A DNA stretch of 63,258 nt, filler included, from Nemertoderma westbladi (lineage: Eukaryota > Animalia > Xenacoelomorpha), in the NCBI GenBank assembly GCA_032718475.1. It is 4 parts of 4 records of this genome, joined end to end, with 100 filler letters (N's around TTAATTAATTAA, not from the genome) between each part and the next. Parts side by side here need not be neighbours in the genome. Positions count along the whole stretch, not along the records: positions 22,923 to 50,219 come from JAUCBJ010007577.1; 3 more parts are not named here. One strand, 5' to 3'. The translations under genes and the position numbers were made by a program. Numbering within the stretch: position 1 is the stretch's first letter; each line of letters opens with the position of its first letter. The notes below the pieces were generated by a model. The model was not told the origin of the DNA. It saw only the letters and a program-made list of their open reading frames with translations, and ran no database searches. Shown piece by piece: positions 25,901 to 38,644 of this stretch.

Positions 25901-28900
25901 AACAGCCCCATAAGGAGGGCTTACTTACCTAAACAGCCCCATAAGGTGGACTTACTTACCTAAACAGCCCCATAAGGAGGACTTACTTACCTAAACAGCC
26001 CCATAAGGTGGACTTTCTTACCTAAACAGCCCCATAAGGTGGACTTACTTACCTAAACAGCCCCATAAGGAGGACTTACTTACCTAAACAGCCCCATAAG
26101 GTGGACTTTCTTACCTAAACAGCCCCATAAGGTGGACTTACTTACCTAAACAGCCTCATAAGGAGGACTTACTTACCTAAACAGCCTCATAAGGAGGACT
26201 TACTTACCTAAACAGCCCCATAAGGTGGACTTACTTACCTAAACAGCCCCATAAGGTGGACTTACTTACCTAAACAGCCCCATAAGGTGGACTTACTTAC
26301 CTAAACAGCCCCATAAGGAGGACTTACTTACCTAAACAGCCCCATAAGGTGGACTTTCTTACCTAAACAGCCCCATAAGGTGGACTTACTTACCTAAACA
26401 GCCCCATAAGGAGGACTTACTTACCTAAACAGCCCCATAAGGTGGACTTTCTTACCTAAACAGCCCCATAAGGTGGACTTACTTACCTAAACAGCCTCAT
26501 AAGGAGGACTTACTTACCTAAACAGCCTCATAAGGAGGACTTACTTACCTAAACAGCCCCATAAGGTGGACTTACTTACCTAAACAGCCCCATAAGGTGG
26601 ACTTACTTACCTAAACAGCCCCATAAGGTGGACTTACTTACCTAAACAGCCCCATAAGGAGGACTTACTTACCTAAACAGCCCCATAAGGTGGACTTACT
26701 TACCTAAACAGCCCCATAAGGTGGACTTACTTACCTAAACAGCCCCATAAGGAGGACTTACTTACCTAAACAGCCCCATAAGGAGGACTTACTTACCTAA
26801 ACAGCCCCATAAGGTGGACTTTCTTACCTAAACAGCCCCATAAGGTGGACTTACTTACCTAAACAGCCCCATAAGGAGGACTTACTTACCTAAACAGCCC
26901 CATAAGGTGGACTTTCTTACCTAAACAGCCCCATAAGGTGGACTTACTTACCTAAACAGCCTCATAAGGAGGACTTACTTACCTAAACAGCCTCATAAGG
27001 AGGACTTACTTACCTAAACAGCCCCATAAGGTGGACTTACTTACCTAAACAGCCCCATAAGGTGGACTTACTTACCTAAACAGCCCCATAAGGTGGACTT
27101 ACTTACCTAAACAGCCCCATAAGGAGGACTTACTTACCTAAACAGCCCCATAAGGTGGACTTACTTACCTAAACAGCCCCATAAGGTGGACTTTCTTACC
27201 TAAACAGCCCCATAAGGTGGACTTTCTTACCTAAACAGCCCCATAAGGTGGACTTACTTACCTAAACAGCCCCATAAGGTGGACTTACTTACCTAAACAG
27301 CCCCATAAGGAGGACTTACTTACCTAAACAGCCCCATAAGGTGGACTTTCTTACCTAAACAGCCTCATAAGGAGGACTTACTTACCTAAACAGCCTCATA
27401 AGGAGGACTTACTTACCTAAACAGCCCCATAAGGTGGACTTTCTTACCTAAACAGCCCCATAAGGTGGACTTACTTACCTAAACAGCCTCATAAGGAGGA
27501 CTTACTTACCTAAACAGCCCCATAAGGAGGACTTACTTACCTAAACAGCCCCATAAGGTGGACTTACTTACCTAAACAGCCCCATAAGGTGGACTTACTT
27601 ACCTAAACAGCCCCATAAGGAGGACTTACTTACCTAAACAGCCCCATAAGGAGGACTTACTTACCTAAACAGCCCCATAAGGAGGACTTACTTACCTAAA
27701 CAGCCCCATAAGGAGGACTTACTTACCTAAACAGCCCCATAAGGTGGACTTACTTACCTAAACAGCCCCATAAGGAGGACTTACTTACTTACCTAAACAG
27801 CCCCATAAGGAGGGCTTACTTACCTAAACAGCCCCATAAGGAGGGCTTACTTACCTAAACAGCCCCATAAGGAGGACTTACTTAAAAACCTAAACAGCCC
27901 CATAAGGAGGGCTTACTTACCTAAACAGCCCCATAAGGTGGACTTACTTACCTAAACAGCCCCATAAGGAGGACTTACTTACCTAAACAGCCCCATAAGG
28001 TGGACTTTCTTACCTAAACAGCCCCATAAGGTGGACTTACTTACCTAAACAGCCCCATAAGGAGGACTTACTTACCTAAACAGCCCCATAAGGTGGACTT
28101 ACTTACCTAAACAGCCCCATAAGGTGGACTTACTTACCTAAACAGCCCCATAAGGTGGACTTTCTTACCTAAACAGCCCCATAAGGTGGACTTACTTACC
28201 TAAACAGCCCCATAAGGAGGGCTTACTTACCTAAACAGCCCCATAAGGTGGACTTACTTACCTAAACAGCCTCATAAGGAGGACTTACTTACCTAAACAG
28301 CCTCATAAGGAGGACTTACTTACCTAAACAGCCCCATAAGGTGGACTTACTTACCTAAACAGCCCCATAAGGTGGACTTACTTACCTAAACAGCCCCATA
28401 AGGAGGACTTACTTACCTAAACAGCCCCATAAGGTGGACTTACTTACCTAAACAGCCCCATAAGGTGGACTTTCTTACCTAAACAGCCCCATAAGGTGGA
28501 CTTACTTACCTAAACAGCCTCATAAGGAGGACTTACTTACCTAAACAGCCCCATAAGGAGGACTTACTTACCTAAACAGCCCCATAAGGTGGACTTACTT
28601 ACCTAAACAGCCCCATAAGGAGGACTTACTTACCTAAACAGCCCCATAAGGTGGACTTTCTTACCTAAACAGCCCCATAAGGTGGACTTACTTACCTAAA
28701 CAGCCCCATAAGGTGGACTTTCTTACCTAAACAGCCCCATAAGGTGGACTTACTTACCTAAACAGCCTCATAAGGAGGACTTACTTACCTAAACAGCCTC
28801 ATAAGGAGGACTTACTTACCTAAACAGCCCCATAAGGTGGACTTACTTACCTAAACAGCCCCATAAGGTGGACTTACTTACCTAAACAGCCCCATAAGGT

Positions 28901-31900
28901 GGACTTACTTACCTAAACAGCCCCATAAGGAGGACTTACTTACCTAAACAGCCCCATAAGGTGGACTTACTTACCTAAACAGCCCCATAAGGTGGACTTA
29001 CTTACCTAAACAGCCCCATAAGGAGGACTTACTTACCTAAACAGCCCCATAAGGAGGACTTACTTACCTAAACAGCCCCATAAGGTGGACTTTCTTACCT
29101 AAACAGCCCCATAAGGTGGACTTACTTACCTAAACAGCCCCATAAGGAGGACTTACTTACCTAAACAGCCCCATAAGGTGGACTTTCTTACCTAAACAGC
29201 CCCATAAGGTGGACTTACTTACCTAAACAGCCTCATAAGGAGGACTTACTTACCTAAACAGCCTCATAAGGAGGACTTACTTACCTAAACAGCCCCATAA
29301 GGTGGACTTACTTACCTAAACAGCCCCATAAGGTGGACTTACTTACCTAAACAGCCCCATAAGGAGGACTTACTTACCTAAACAGCCCCATAAGGTGGAC
29401 TTACTTACCTAAACAGCCCCATAAGGTGGACTTTCTTACCTAAACAGCCCCATAAGGTGGACTTTCTTACCTAAACAGCCCCATAAGGTGGACTTACTTA
29501 CCTAAACAGCCCCATAAGGTGGACTTACTTACCTAAACAGCCCCATAAGGAGGACTTACTTACCTAAACAGCCCCATAAGGTGGACTTTCTTACCTAAAC
29601 AGCCTCATAAGGAGGACTTACTTACCTAAACAGCCTCATAAGGAGGACTTACTTACCTAAACAGCCCCATAAGGTGGACTTTCTTACCTAAACAGCCCCA
29701 TAAGGTGGACTTACTTACCTAAACAGCCTCATAAGGAGGACTTACTTACCTAAACAGCCCCATAAGGAGGACTTACTTACCTAAACAGCCCCATAAGGTG
29801 GACTTACTTACCTAAACAGCCCCATAAGGTGGACTTACTTACCTAAACAGCCCCATAAGGAGGACTTACTTACCTAAACAGCCCCATAAGGAGGACTTAC
29901 TTACCTAAACAGCCCCATAAGGAGGACTTACTTACCTAAACAGCCCCATAAGGAGGACTTACTTACCTAAACAGCCCCATAAGGTGGACTTACTTACCTA
30001 AACAGCCCCATAAGGAGGACTTACTTACTTACCTAAACAGCCCCATAAGGAGGGCTTACTTACCTAAACAGCCCCATAAGGAGGGCTTACTTACCTAAAC
30101 AGCCCCATAAGGAGGACTTACTTAAAAACCTAAACAGCCCCATAAGGAGGGCTTACTTACCTAAACAGCCCCATAAGGTGGACTTACTTACCTAAACAGC
30201 CCCATAAGGAGGACTTACTTACCTAAACAGCCCCATAAGGTGGACTTTCTTACCTAAACAGCCCCATAAGGTGGACTTACTTACCTAAACAGCCCCATAA
30301 GGAGGACTTACTTACCTAAACAGCCCCATAAGGTGGACTTACTTACCTAAACAGCCCCATAAGGTGGACTTACTTACCTAAACAGCCCCATAAGGTGGAC
30401 TTTCTTACCTAAACAGCCCCATAAGGTGGACTTACTTACCTAAACAGCCCCATAAGGAGGGCTTACTTACCTAAACAGCCCCATAAGGAGGACTTACTTA
30501 AAACCTAAACAGCCCCATAAGGAGGGCTTACTTACCTAAACAGCCCCATAAGGTGGACTTACTTACCTAAACAGCCCCATAAGGTGGACTTTCTTACCTA
30601 AACAGCCCCATAAGGTGGACTTTCTTACCTAAACAGCCCCATAAGGTGGACTTACTTACCTAAACAGCCCCATAAGGTGGACTTACTTACCTAAACAGCC
30701 CCATAAGGAGGACTTACTTACCTAAACAGCCCCATAAGGTGGACTTTCTTACCTAAACAGCCCCATAATGTGGACTTACTTACCTAAACAGCCCCATAAG
30801 GAGGACTTACTTACCTAAACAGCCCCATAAGGTGGACTTACTTACCTAAACAGCCCCATAAGGTGGACTTACTTACCTAAACAGCCCCATAAGGTGGACT
30901 TACTTACCTAAACAGCCTCATAAGGAGGACTTACTTACCTAAACAGCCTCATAAGGAGGACTTACTTACCTAAACAGCCCCATAAGGTGGACTTACTTAC
31001 CTAAACAGCCCCATAAGGTGGACTTACTTACCTAAACAGCCCCATAAGGTGGACTTACTTACCTAAACAGCCCCATAAGGAGGACTTACTTACCTAAACA
31101 GCCCCATAAGGTGGACTTTCTTACCTAAACAGCCCCATAAGGTGGACTTACTTACCTAAACAGCCTCATAAGGAGGACTTACTTACCTAAACAGCCTCAT
31201 AAGGAGGACTTACTTACCTAAACAGCCCCATAAGGTGGACTTACTTACCTAAACAGCCCCATAAGGTGGACTTACTTACCTAAACAGCCCCATAAGGTGG
31301 ACTTACTTACCTAAACAGCCCCATAAGGAGGACTTACTTACCTAAACAGCCCCATAAGGTGGACTTACTTACCTAAACAGCCCCATAAGGTGGACTTTCT
31401 TACCTAAACAGCCCCATAAGGTGGACTTTCTTACCTAAACAGCCCCATAAGGTGGACTTACTTACCTAAACAGCCCCATAAGGTGGACTTACTTACCTAA
31501 ACAGCCCCATAAGGAGGACTTACTTACCTAAACAGCCCCATAAGGTGGACTTTCTTACCTAAACAGCCCCATAAGGTGGACTTACTTACCTAAACAGCCC
31601 CATAAGGAGGACTTACTTACCTAAACAGCCCCATAAGGTGGACTTACTTACCTAAACAGCCCCATAAGGTGGACTTACTTACCTAAACAGCCCCATAAGG
31701 TGGACTTACTTACCTAAACAGCCCCATAAGGTGGACTTACTTACCTAAACAGCCCCATAAGGTGGACTTACTTACCTAAACAGCCCCATAAGGAGGACTT
31801 ACTTACCTAAACAGCCCCATAAGGTGGACTTACTTACCTAAACAGCCCCATAAGGTGGACTTACTTACCTAAACAGCCCCATAAGGAGGACTTACTTACC

Positions 31901-34017
31901 TAAACAGCCCCATAAGGAGGACTTACTTACCTAAACAGCCCCATAAGGAGGACTTACTTACCTAAACAGCCCCATAAGGAGGACTTACTTACCTAAACAG
32001 CCCCATAAGGTGGACTTACTTACCTAAACAGCCCCATAAGGAGGACTTACTTACTTACCTAAACAGCCCCATAAGGAGGGCTTACTTACCTAAACAGCCC
32101 CATAAAGAGGGCTTACTTACCTAAACAGCCCCATAAGGAGGACTTACTTAAAAACCTAAACAGCCCCATAAGGAGGGCTTACTTACCTAAACAGCCCCAT
32201 AAGGTGGACTTACTTACCTAAACAGCCCCATAAGGAGGACTTACTTACCTAAACAGCCCCATAAGGTGGTTTTCTTACCTAAACAGCCCCATAAGGTGGA
32301 CTTACTTACCTAAACAGCCCCATAAGGAGGACTTACTTACCTAAACAGCCCCATAAGGTGGACTTACTTACCTAAACAGCCCCATAAGGTGGACTTACTT
32401 ACCTAAACAGCCCCATAAGGTGGACTTTCTTACCTAAACAGCCCCATAAGGTGGACTTACTTACCTAAACAGCCCCATAAGGAGGGCTTACTTACCTAAA
32501 CAGCCCCATAAGGAGGACTTACTTAAAAACCTAAACAGCCCCATAAGGAGGGCTTACTTACCTAAACAGCCCCATAAGGTGGACTTACTTACCTAAACAG
32601 CCCCATAAGGAGGACTTACTTACCTAAACAGCCCCATAAGGTGGACTTTCTTACCTAAACAGCCCCATAAGGTGGACTTACTTACCTAAACAGCCCCATA
32701 AGGAGGACTTACTTACCTAAACAGCCCCATAAGGTGGACTTAATTACCTAAACAGCCCCATAAGGAGGACTTACTTACCTAAACAGCCCCATAAGGAGGG
32801 CTTACTTACCTAAACAGCCCCATAAGGAGGGCTTACTTACCTAAACAGCCCCATAAGGAGGACTTACTTACCTAAACAGCCCCATAAGGAGGGCTTACTT
32901 ACCTAAACAGCCCCATAAGGTGGACTTACTTACCTAAACAGCCCCATAAGGTGGACTTACTTACCTAAACAGCCCCATAAGGAGGGCTTACTTACCTAAA
33001 CAGCCCCATAAGGTGGACTTACTTACCTAAACAGCCCCATAAGGAGGACTTACTTACCTAAACAGCCCCATAAGGAGGACTTACTTACCTAAACAGCCCC
33101 ATAAGGTGGACTTACTTACCTAAACAGCCCCATAAGGAGGACTTACTTACCTAAACAGCCCCATAAGGAGGACTTACTTACCTAAACAGCCCCATAAGGT
33201 GGACTTACTTACCTAAACAGCCCCATAAGGTGGACTTACTTACCTAAACAGCCCCATAAGGTGGACTTACTTACCTAAACAGCCCCATAATGTGGACTTA
33301 CTTACCTAAACAGCCCCATAAGGAGGACTTACTTACCTAAACAGCCCCATAAGGTGGACTTACTTACCTAAACAGCCCCATAAGGTGGACTTACTTACCT
33401 AAACAGCCCCATAAGGAGGACTTACTTACCTAAACAGCCCCATAAGGTGGACTTACTTACCTAAACAGCCCCATAAGGTGGACTTACTTACTTACCTAAA
33501 CAGCCCCATAAGGAGGGCTTACTTACCTAAACAGCCCCATAAGGTGGACTTACTTACCTAAACAGCCCCATAAGGTGGACTTACTTACCTAAACAGCCCC
33601 ATAAGGAGGACTTACTTACCTAAACAGCCCCATAATGTGGACTTACTTACCTAAACAGCCCCATAAGGAGGACTTACTTACCTAAACAGCCCCATAAGGA
33701 GGACTTACTTACCTAAACAGCCCCATAAGGAGGACTTACTTACTTACCTAAACAGCCCCATAAGGAGGGCTTACTTACCTAAACAGCCCCATAAGGTGGA
33801 CTTACTTACCTAAACAGCCCCATAAGGAGGACTTACTTACCTAAACAGCCCCATAAGGTGGACTTACTTACCTAAACAGCCCCATAAGGAGGGCTTACTT
33901 ACCTAAACAGCCCCATAAGGTGGACTTACTTACCTAAACAGCCCCATAAGGAGGGCTTACTTACCTAAACAGCCCCATAAGGTGGACTTACTTACCTAAA
34001 CAGCCCCATAAGGAGGA
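22923..34017. repeat. 31-bp satellite (~350 copies) derived from the V-ATPase exon/intron junction
   Basis: Plus-strand unit CTTACTTACCTAAACAGCCCCATAAGG(A/T)GGA, period 31. The last copy is the end of the coding exon itself. Confidence 0.98.
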
Positions 34018-35416
34018 TGATATATCGGCCTCCGAACAACATCAACCACATCTCGTTGGTGGATTTCTCCGCCAGGAATTTCTTCTCATTGATTACCATC
34101 CAGAGTGCGAACAGGAACATAATGGAGCCGTGGCCGCAGTCGCCGAACATAACGGCGAAGAGGAAGGGGAATGTGATGAGGGTGAATGGCGCGGGGTTGA
34201 TCTCGCGGTAGTCGGCCACCCCGTAGGCGTCGACGATGGCCTGGAAGCCGTTGGTGAACTTGTTGGTTCGGTGGTACGTGGGCGGGGTGCGTCGGGTCGC
34301 CATGGTGTTTATGATGGCGGGTATATCGGTCCCGCTCCGCTCGGTGCCGCGTCGAGCCGCCAGGTTCACTCGGTCCAACTCGCTCGACGGACACCAACCC
34401 TCCGCGATTATAGCCTTCTGCGTGTTACAGAGATTGAGCGTGTGGTAGACGGCCTTTATCTTCTTCACTTTACGGAACCACACCCGTATAGACCTCGCGG
34501 CGTTGCTGAGCAGCCTGGTCTGGTGCTCCGCGGTCTGGGACAGCACCGTCTGTATGTCCTCGATCCGGGTCATCACGCCCATGGACATCTCGCGCCGTTC
34601 CGCTTGGCTCTCCGGACACGGGTACATCGTCGCTTTATAACCCTCGCAGATCTTTCGAACTTTCGTCTTCAGCTGTTCCCCCTGGAAGAAAATGATGAAG
34701 ACGCATTTGGAGACCTCCTCGCCGGTGACGGGGTCCTCTAACGGGGTCTCTATTTCGGTCTGGCGGAGGAACACGTTCCCGCGACAAGCGCGCCACAACA
34801 TGCGTTCGAACGAGGGAACCCGTTCCCTCGCGATCACGCCTGCGATGAAGCCGAACTTGGGCGACTGTTGCGAGTCGCCGGAAGAACTTCCGATCGGCGC
34901 CTCCGCGCTCAGCAACGAGGTGCTCATCGACTCCTCCGAGCGGCTCGTCTGACCCAACGTCAACTGCGCTTCGTCGAAAAAGGTCTGCGTCTTACGGAGA
35001 ATGTGTTTCAACTCGGTCAACTCCAACTTGTTCTTCATCAACGTCTCCTTATTGGAATTAACTTCCTTCAACTCGTTCTCTAACTTCTCGAAGGTCAACT
35101 CGAGGTTGAACATCTCGCTGGGCATCGGCGTCTCCGGGTTTTCCCCGCTGTCCGGCGGCGACTGGTTTATACACTTGCGGCATTCCTTCTCGATGTAGCG
35201 GAGTTTCCGTTCCATCTCATCGCAGCGGCGCACCTCGTTGATGTACTTCCGTTGGAACTCGTTCACGTTCTCGTTTAGGTCCGAGAACTGCACGAGGCCA
35301 AGCTCTCCGAATTCCGACACACACGCGTACGCAGAGTCGTTCTGTAGAAACATCTGGATCCGCGTCATCTCCTCCGAACGGAAAGATATACCGACGTCTC
35401 GCTCTGAGATATTCAT
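33996..35416 (-). CDS. ATP6V0A: V-type proton ATPase V0 subunit a (116 kDa / Vph1 family), first coding exon, ending in phase 2
   Basis: [106 protein letters not shown]. Ends TTT AG|GTAAGT. The paralogue number cannot be assigned. Confidence 0.96.
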
Positions 35417-36890
35417 AGCTCGTTTTGTTAGTCTCAGTAGGCCAAAGTCCAGAAGTCTGAATATCAGTACAGCAGTACTGCAGTAAGTAGAGCATGTACA
35501 GAACTGCTGAACTACTGAACTACAGCAGTACCGGTAGAGGATGACCGTGACAGAGTGACTGGGTGTATGTCAGTATGTAGGCCTACCTGCCTACTGCTGC
35601 ACTGCTGTAGTATGGTGGCCGTTGCTGCCACTATAAAACTCTTGATAAAATATTTAAATAATAAATAAGTGGAAAAAATATCTTGAAGAAAAAATAATAA
35701 AAAAAAATATATCTTAAAAAAAATCAGTAAAATAAAATATCTTAAAAAAAATCAGTATAATATAATATCTTTAAAAAAATCTCAGTTTTAAATAATATCT
35801 TGAAAAAAAAGGTAAAAAAATACTCAGGAAAAATTTCCATAAAAAATAAATACTGTTAACATCCCACGTGGCCCAGGGCTGCCATCACCCCATAATCAGA
35901 TAACAGTTGGCCCATGCCCATGGCTGCCATTAAAAAAACTAACAGTAAAAAAAATAAAATACCCCCTCGTGGCCAAGGGAGGGTTGCCACTGCCCCCAGA
36001 ATCAGTAATAGTATTGGCCCATGGCTGCCATTCCATTAATACAACTAATAGTAAAAAAAAATAAAATACCACCTCGTGGCCCACCGCTGGAATTGGAATT
36101 GTTTTATTGACATCAAAGTATGAAAACGAAAGTAAATGTGGTAGAGTATAAACTAACACCGACATAAGAAACACATAATTTAAGACGGACTTGCACATGA
36201 GATACTACCGGTAGTTCGAGTTATACTAAAATATAAATGAAATATGATGTCGGGGATAGCCCCATGAGACAATGTCTTGTTTCCATGGGGGTCCCCTGGA
36301 AATACATGTCCAGTAGTTTAAAACTAAATGAAAGAACACATTAAAATATCACGCGGATTATTAAAATATTTTACTTAAAATTCCTACAGTATAAAGATTT
36401 ACTAAAATGAGTTAAATAAAAGGACATACATTAAAAGTATAACGATTTAATAAAAAGATTTGGTATAAAATAAGCATATACTGTAATATAATATAAATAA
36501 ATAGAAATCGGTAAAGAGGCAGATATTTTGGCGACACACATAATTTGGATTGTTTAAAATACATTAAAATAATTACCCGGGTTGAAGCATTAAAATATGA
36601 CGGACAATATGATGGACAGTATAGGTGGACAACTATATAGGCCACTTAAGTAAATTATTATTAAATATTAGTAATATTACTAAATATATTAAATTATATT
36701 ATATTATATTATATATATTATATTAAAAAGATATTAAATTATTAAAGAAAAAAATTATATTTAATAATAGTCAATAATCCAATCTTAATAATAACCAAAA
36801 AATAAAAAAGATCCTGCTACCACTATGGCAGTAATGTGGTACTTACTACCTGCATTTTGCAACGTTAGGCCTATTGCTGACCGAACGAAA

Positions 36891-36940
36891 ACTGCCCTGG
36901 TTCATGTGGGGATCGAACCCATGACATACGGGAGATGTGA
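36891..36940 (-). mobile_element. Partial tRNA-derived SINE head (inverted copy of 37260-37309)
   Basis: ACTGCCCTGGTTCATGTGGGGATCGAACCCATGACATACGGGAGATGTGA. Confidence 0.65.
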
Positions 36941-37231
36941 GATGATGTTCATTTCAATTATTCAATTATTTATTTCATATATTAACATATTTTAATATTT
37001 TTAATAATTAATATTTTAATATTAATTATAAATGCTAATTTTTACTCATTACTACATTTCACATTTGATTAAATTTACTTAGGTTAATTTACAATAAGTT
37101 GAGTAAATTACTGTATATTTATTGTAGGTATATTCTGTCTTCCGTGCCTCAGTGAGGCATAGTCTATGTCAGGTCTTAAATGGGAGTCTTACAAATTCGA
37201 ACGTCAACGAACAAATTCGAAGGTTACTGTT

Positions 37232-37310
37232 CCACCTTGGTGTAGTGGTTGCATTGAATTCACATCTCCCGTATGTCATGGGTTCGATCCCCGCATGAAC
37301 CAGGGCAGTG
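37232..37310 (+). mobile_element. tRNA-derived SINE head / pseudo-tRNA
   Basis: A box TGGTGTAGTGG (37238) and B box GGTTCGATCC (37281). No complete cloverleaf is evident. Confidence 0.65.
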
Positions 37311-37469
37311 GCATTTCGCCCTCTAGCGGCAGAATACTCTGTGACTCTGCAAAAGATACAGCTCATATTGTAATAGATGCCGATTGGGGGATCAAAATTA
37401 ATTAATAAGTCTAAAGACTAAATAAGTCTCAAACATCTTGCCTCATGGCTCGCCCCTTAGAACTCTTAA

Positions 37470-37981
37470 CCCTATCCATACCGGGGGGGGGGGGGGGGGG
37501 GGGGACTTTTGGAGACGCACTTTATTTGATTGCTTGGTTCAAAGCCAAACCACATTTATTGCAAGTGAAATTCCGTTACTTTTCCTAAAATTTATTATTC
37601 TTTATCTTAAAACAAAAACTAATTTTCGTATTATTATTTATGACCATGAAAATGACTCGTAAACTGACCTGTCTCTGAATCTGTCATATTATTGTTGAAC
37701 TATTGTAGGAGGGAAATTTAAAATTCAATTAATCAATTTAATATCAATTTAAAATCAATTTAAACATAATTATAGTATATAAATATTATATTTGAGCATT
37801 AGTGTGTGGCATATTTGGATAGAGGAATAAATTTTGTATCTAAAACCTTTTACTTTAAAGTAATATCATCACACCACACAAAGTTATATGCTTCCAAACT
37901 TTACGTCCCCAAAAGTCCCCCCCCCCCCCCCCCCCCCCCCCCGGTAGTTTGAGCGTCTAAAGTACCCCGGTATAGATAGGG
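37470..37981. mobile_element. TTAA-flanked MITE (piggyBac-like ends)
   Basis: TTAA|CCCTATCCATACCGGGG ... CCCCGGTATAGATAGGG|TTAA, with subterminal poly-G/GGGGACTTTT and AAAAGTCCCC/poly-C. Confidence 0.88.
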
Positions 37982-38644
37982 TTAAGCAATATAACTTTAT
38001 CGTTTTGCGGATTGTAAATAACAAAGCTAGAGAAGATGTTAATTTTCAAATAATACGCCCTCTAGCGGCAGACAGGGGAACTTCAGACTACTCTATGTCT
38101 CCGCAAAAGATATGGCCTTTGCCGTAGTAAATAGATGCCTACCGAGTTTAAACCTATTCGGAATGAAAATATCAAAATTCCAAGCCTTGATCTGTACACA
38201 AATTTATAGGTGTTTCATCAAAGGGGCTGCTAACAGAGGGGGCTGCTGATTTATTTGCCTTGGGGGTATACGTGTAGATTAAATGCAATAGAGACCGGGT
38301 CGTATCTACTTAATGAATAACGAGGGCAGAGGAGGGGGCCCGCTGTTGAGCGTAGTTGATAGTTGCCTCACTGAAATGTGGCGCGTGGGATGCGATAGAG
38401 TAATTAGTTGCCAGTAGGGAGCCGTATACCATAGACATTATAAACATAAATATAGACATTATGTCATAGTGATCTCATTGGTAATATAAAAACTAATTAA
38501 TCTAAAAATAGAAATCAATGTATAAAGTAAAAGTAATACAATTTATTAATTTAAAATAAAGTACAAATGAATAAATAAAGTAAAATAAAATGCAAATAAT
38601 TAATTAAAATTAAATACATATAAATAAGTATTAATAAATAAAAG

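Noticed and set aside
33992-33995. Stop codon ending the 474-aa ORF as a true gene end
   Set aside because: It lies in the donor GTAAG, and a phase-compatible next exon exists.
22923-34017. CRISPR-like array (31-bp repeat)
   Set aside because: Units are contiguous with no unique spacers, there are no cas genes, and the context is eukaryotic.
34017-35495. Overlapping and antisense ORFs on the V-ATPase exon (likewise on the transposase and CRE fragment)
   Set aside because: Shadow ORFs of GC-rich coding sequence.
35633-35639. TATAAAA as the V-ATPase TATA box
   Set aside because: Wrong strand for a minus-strand gene.
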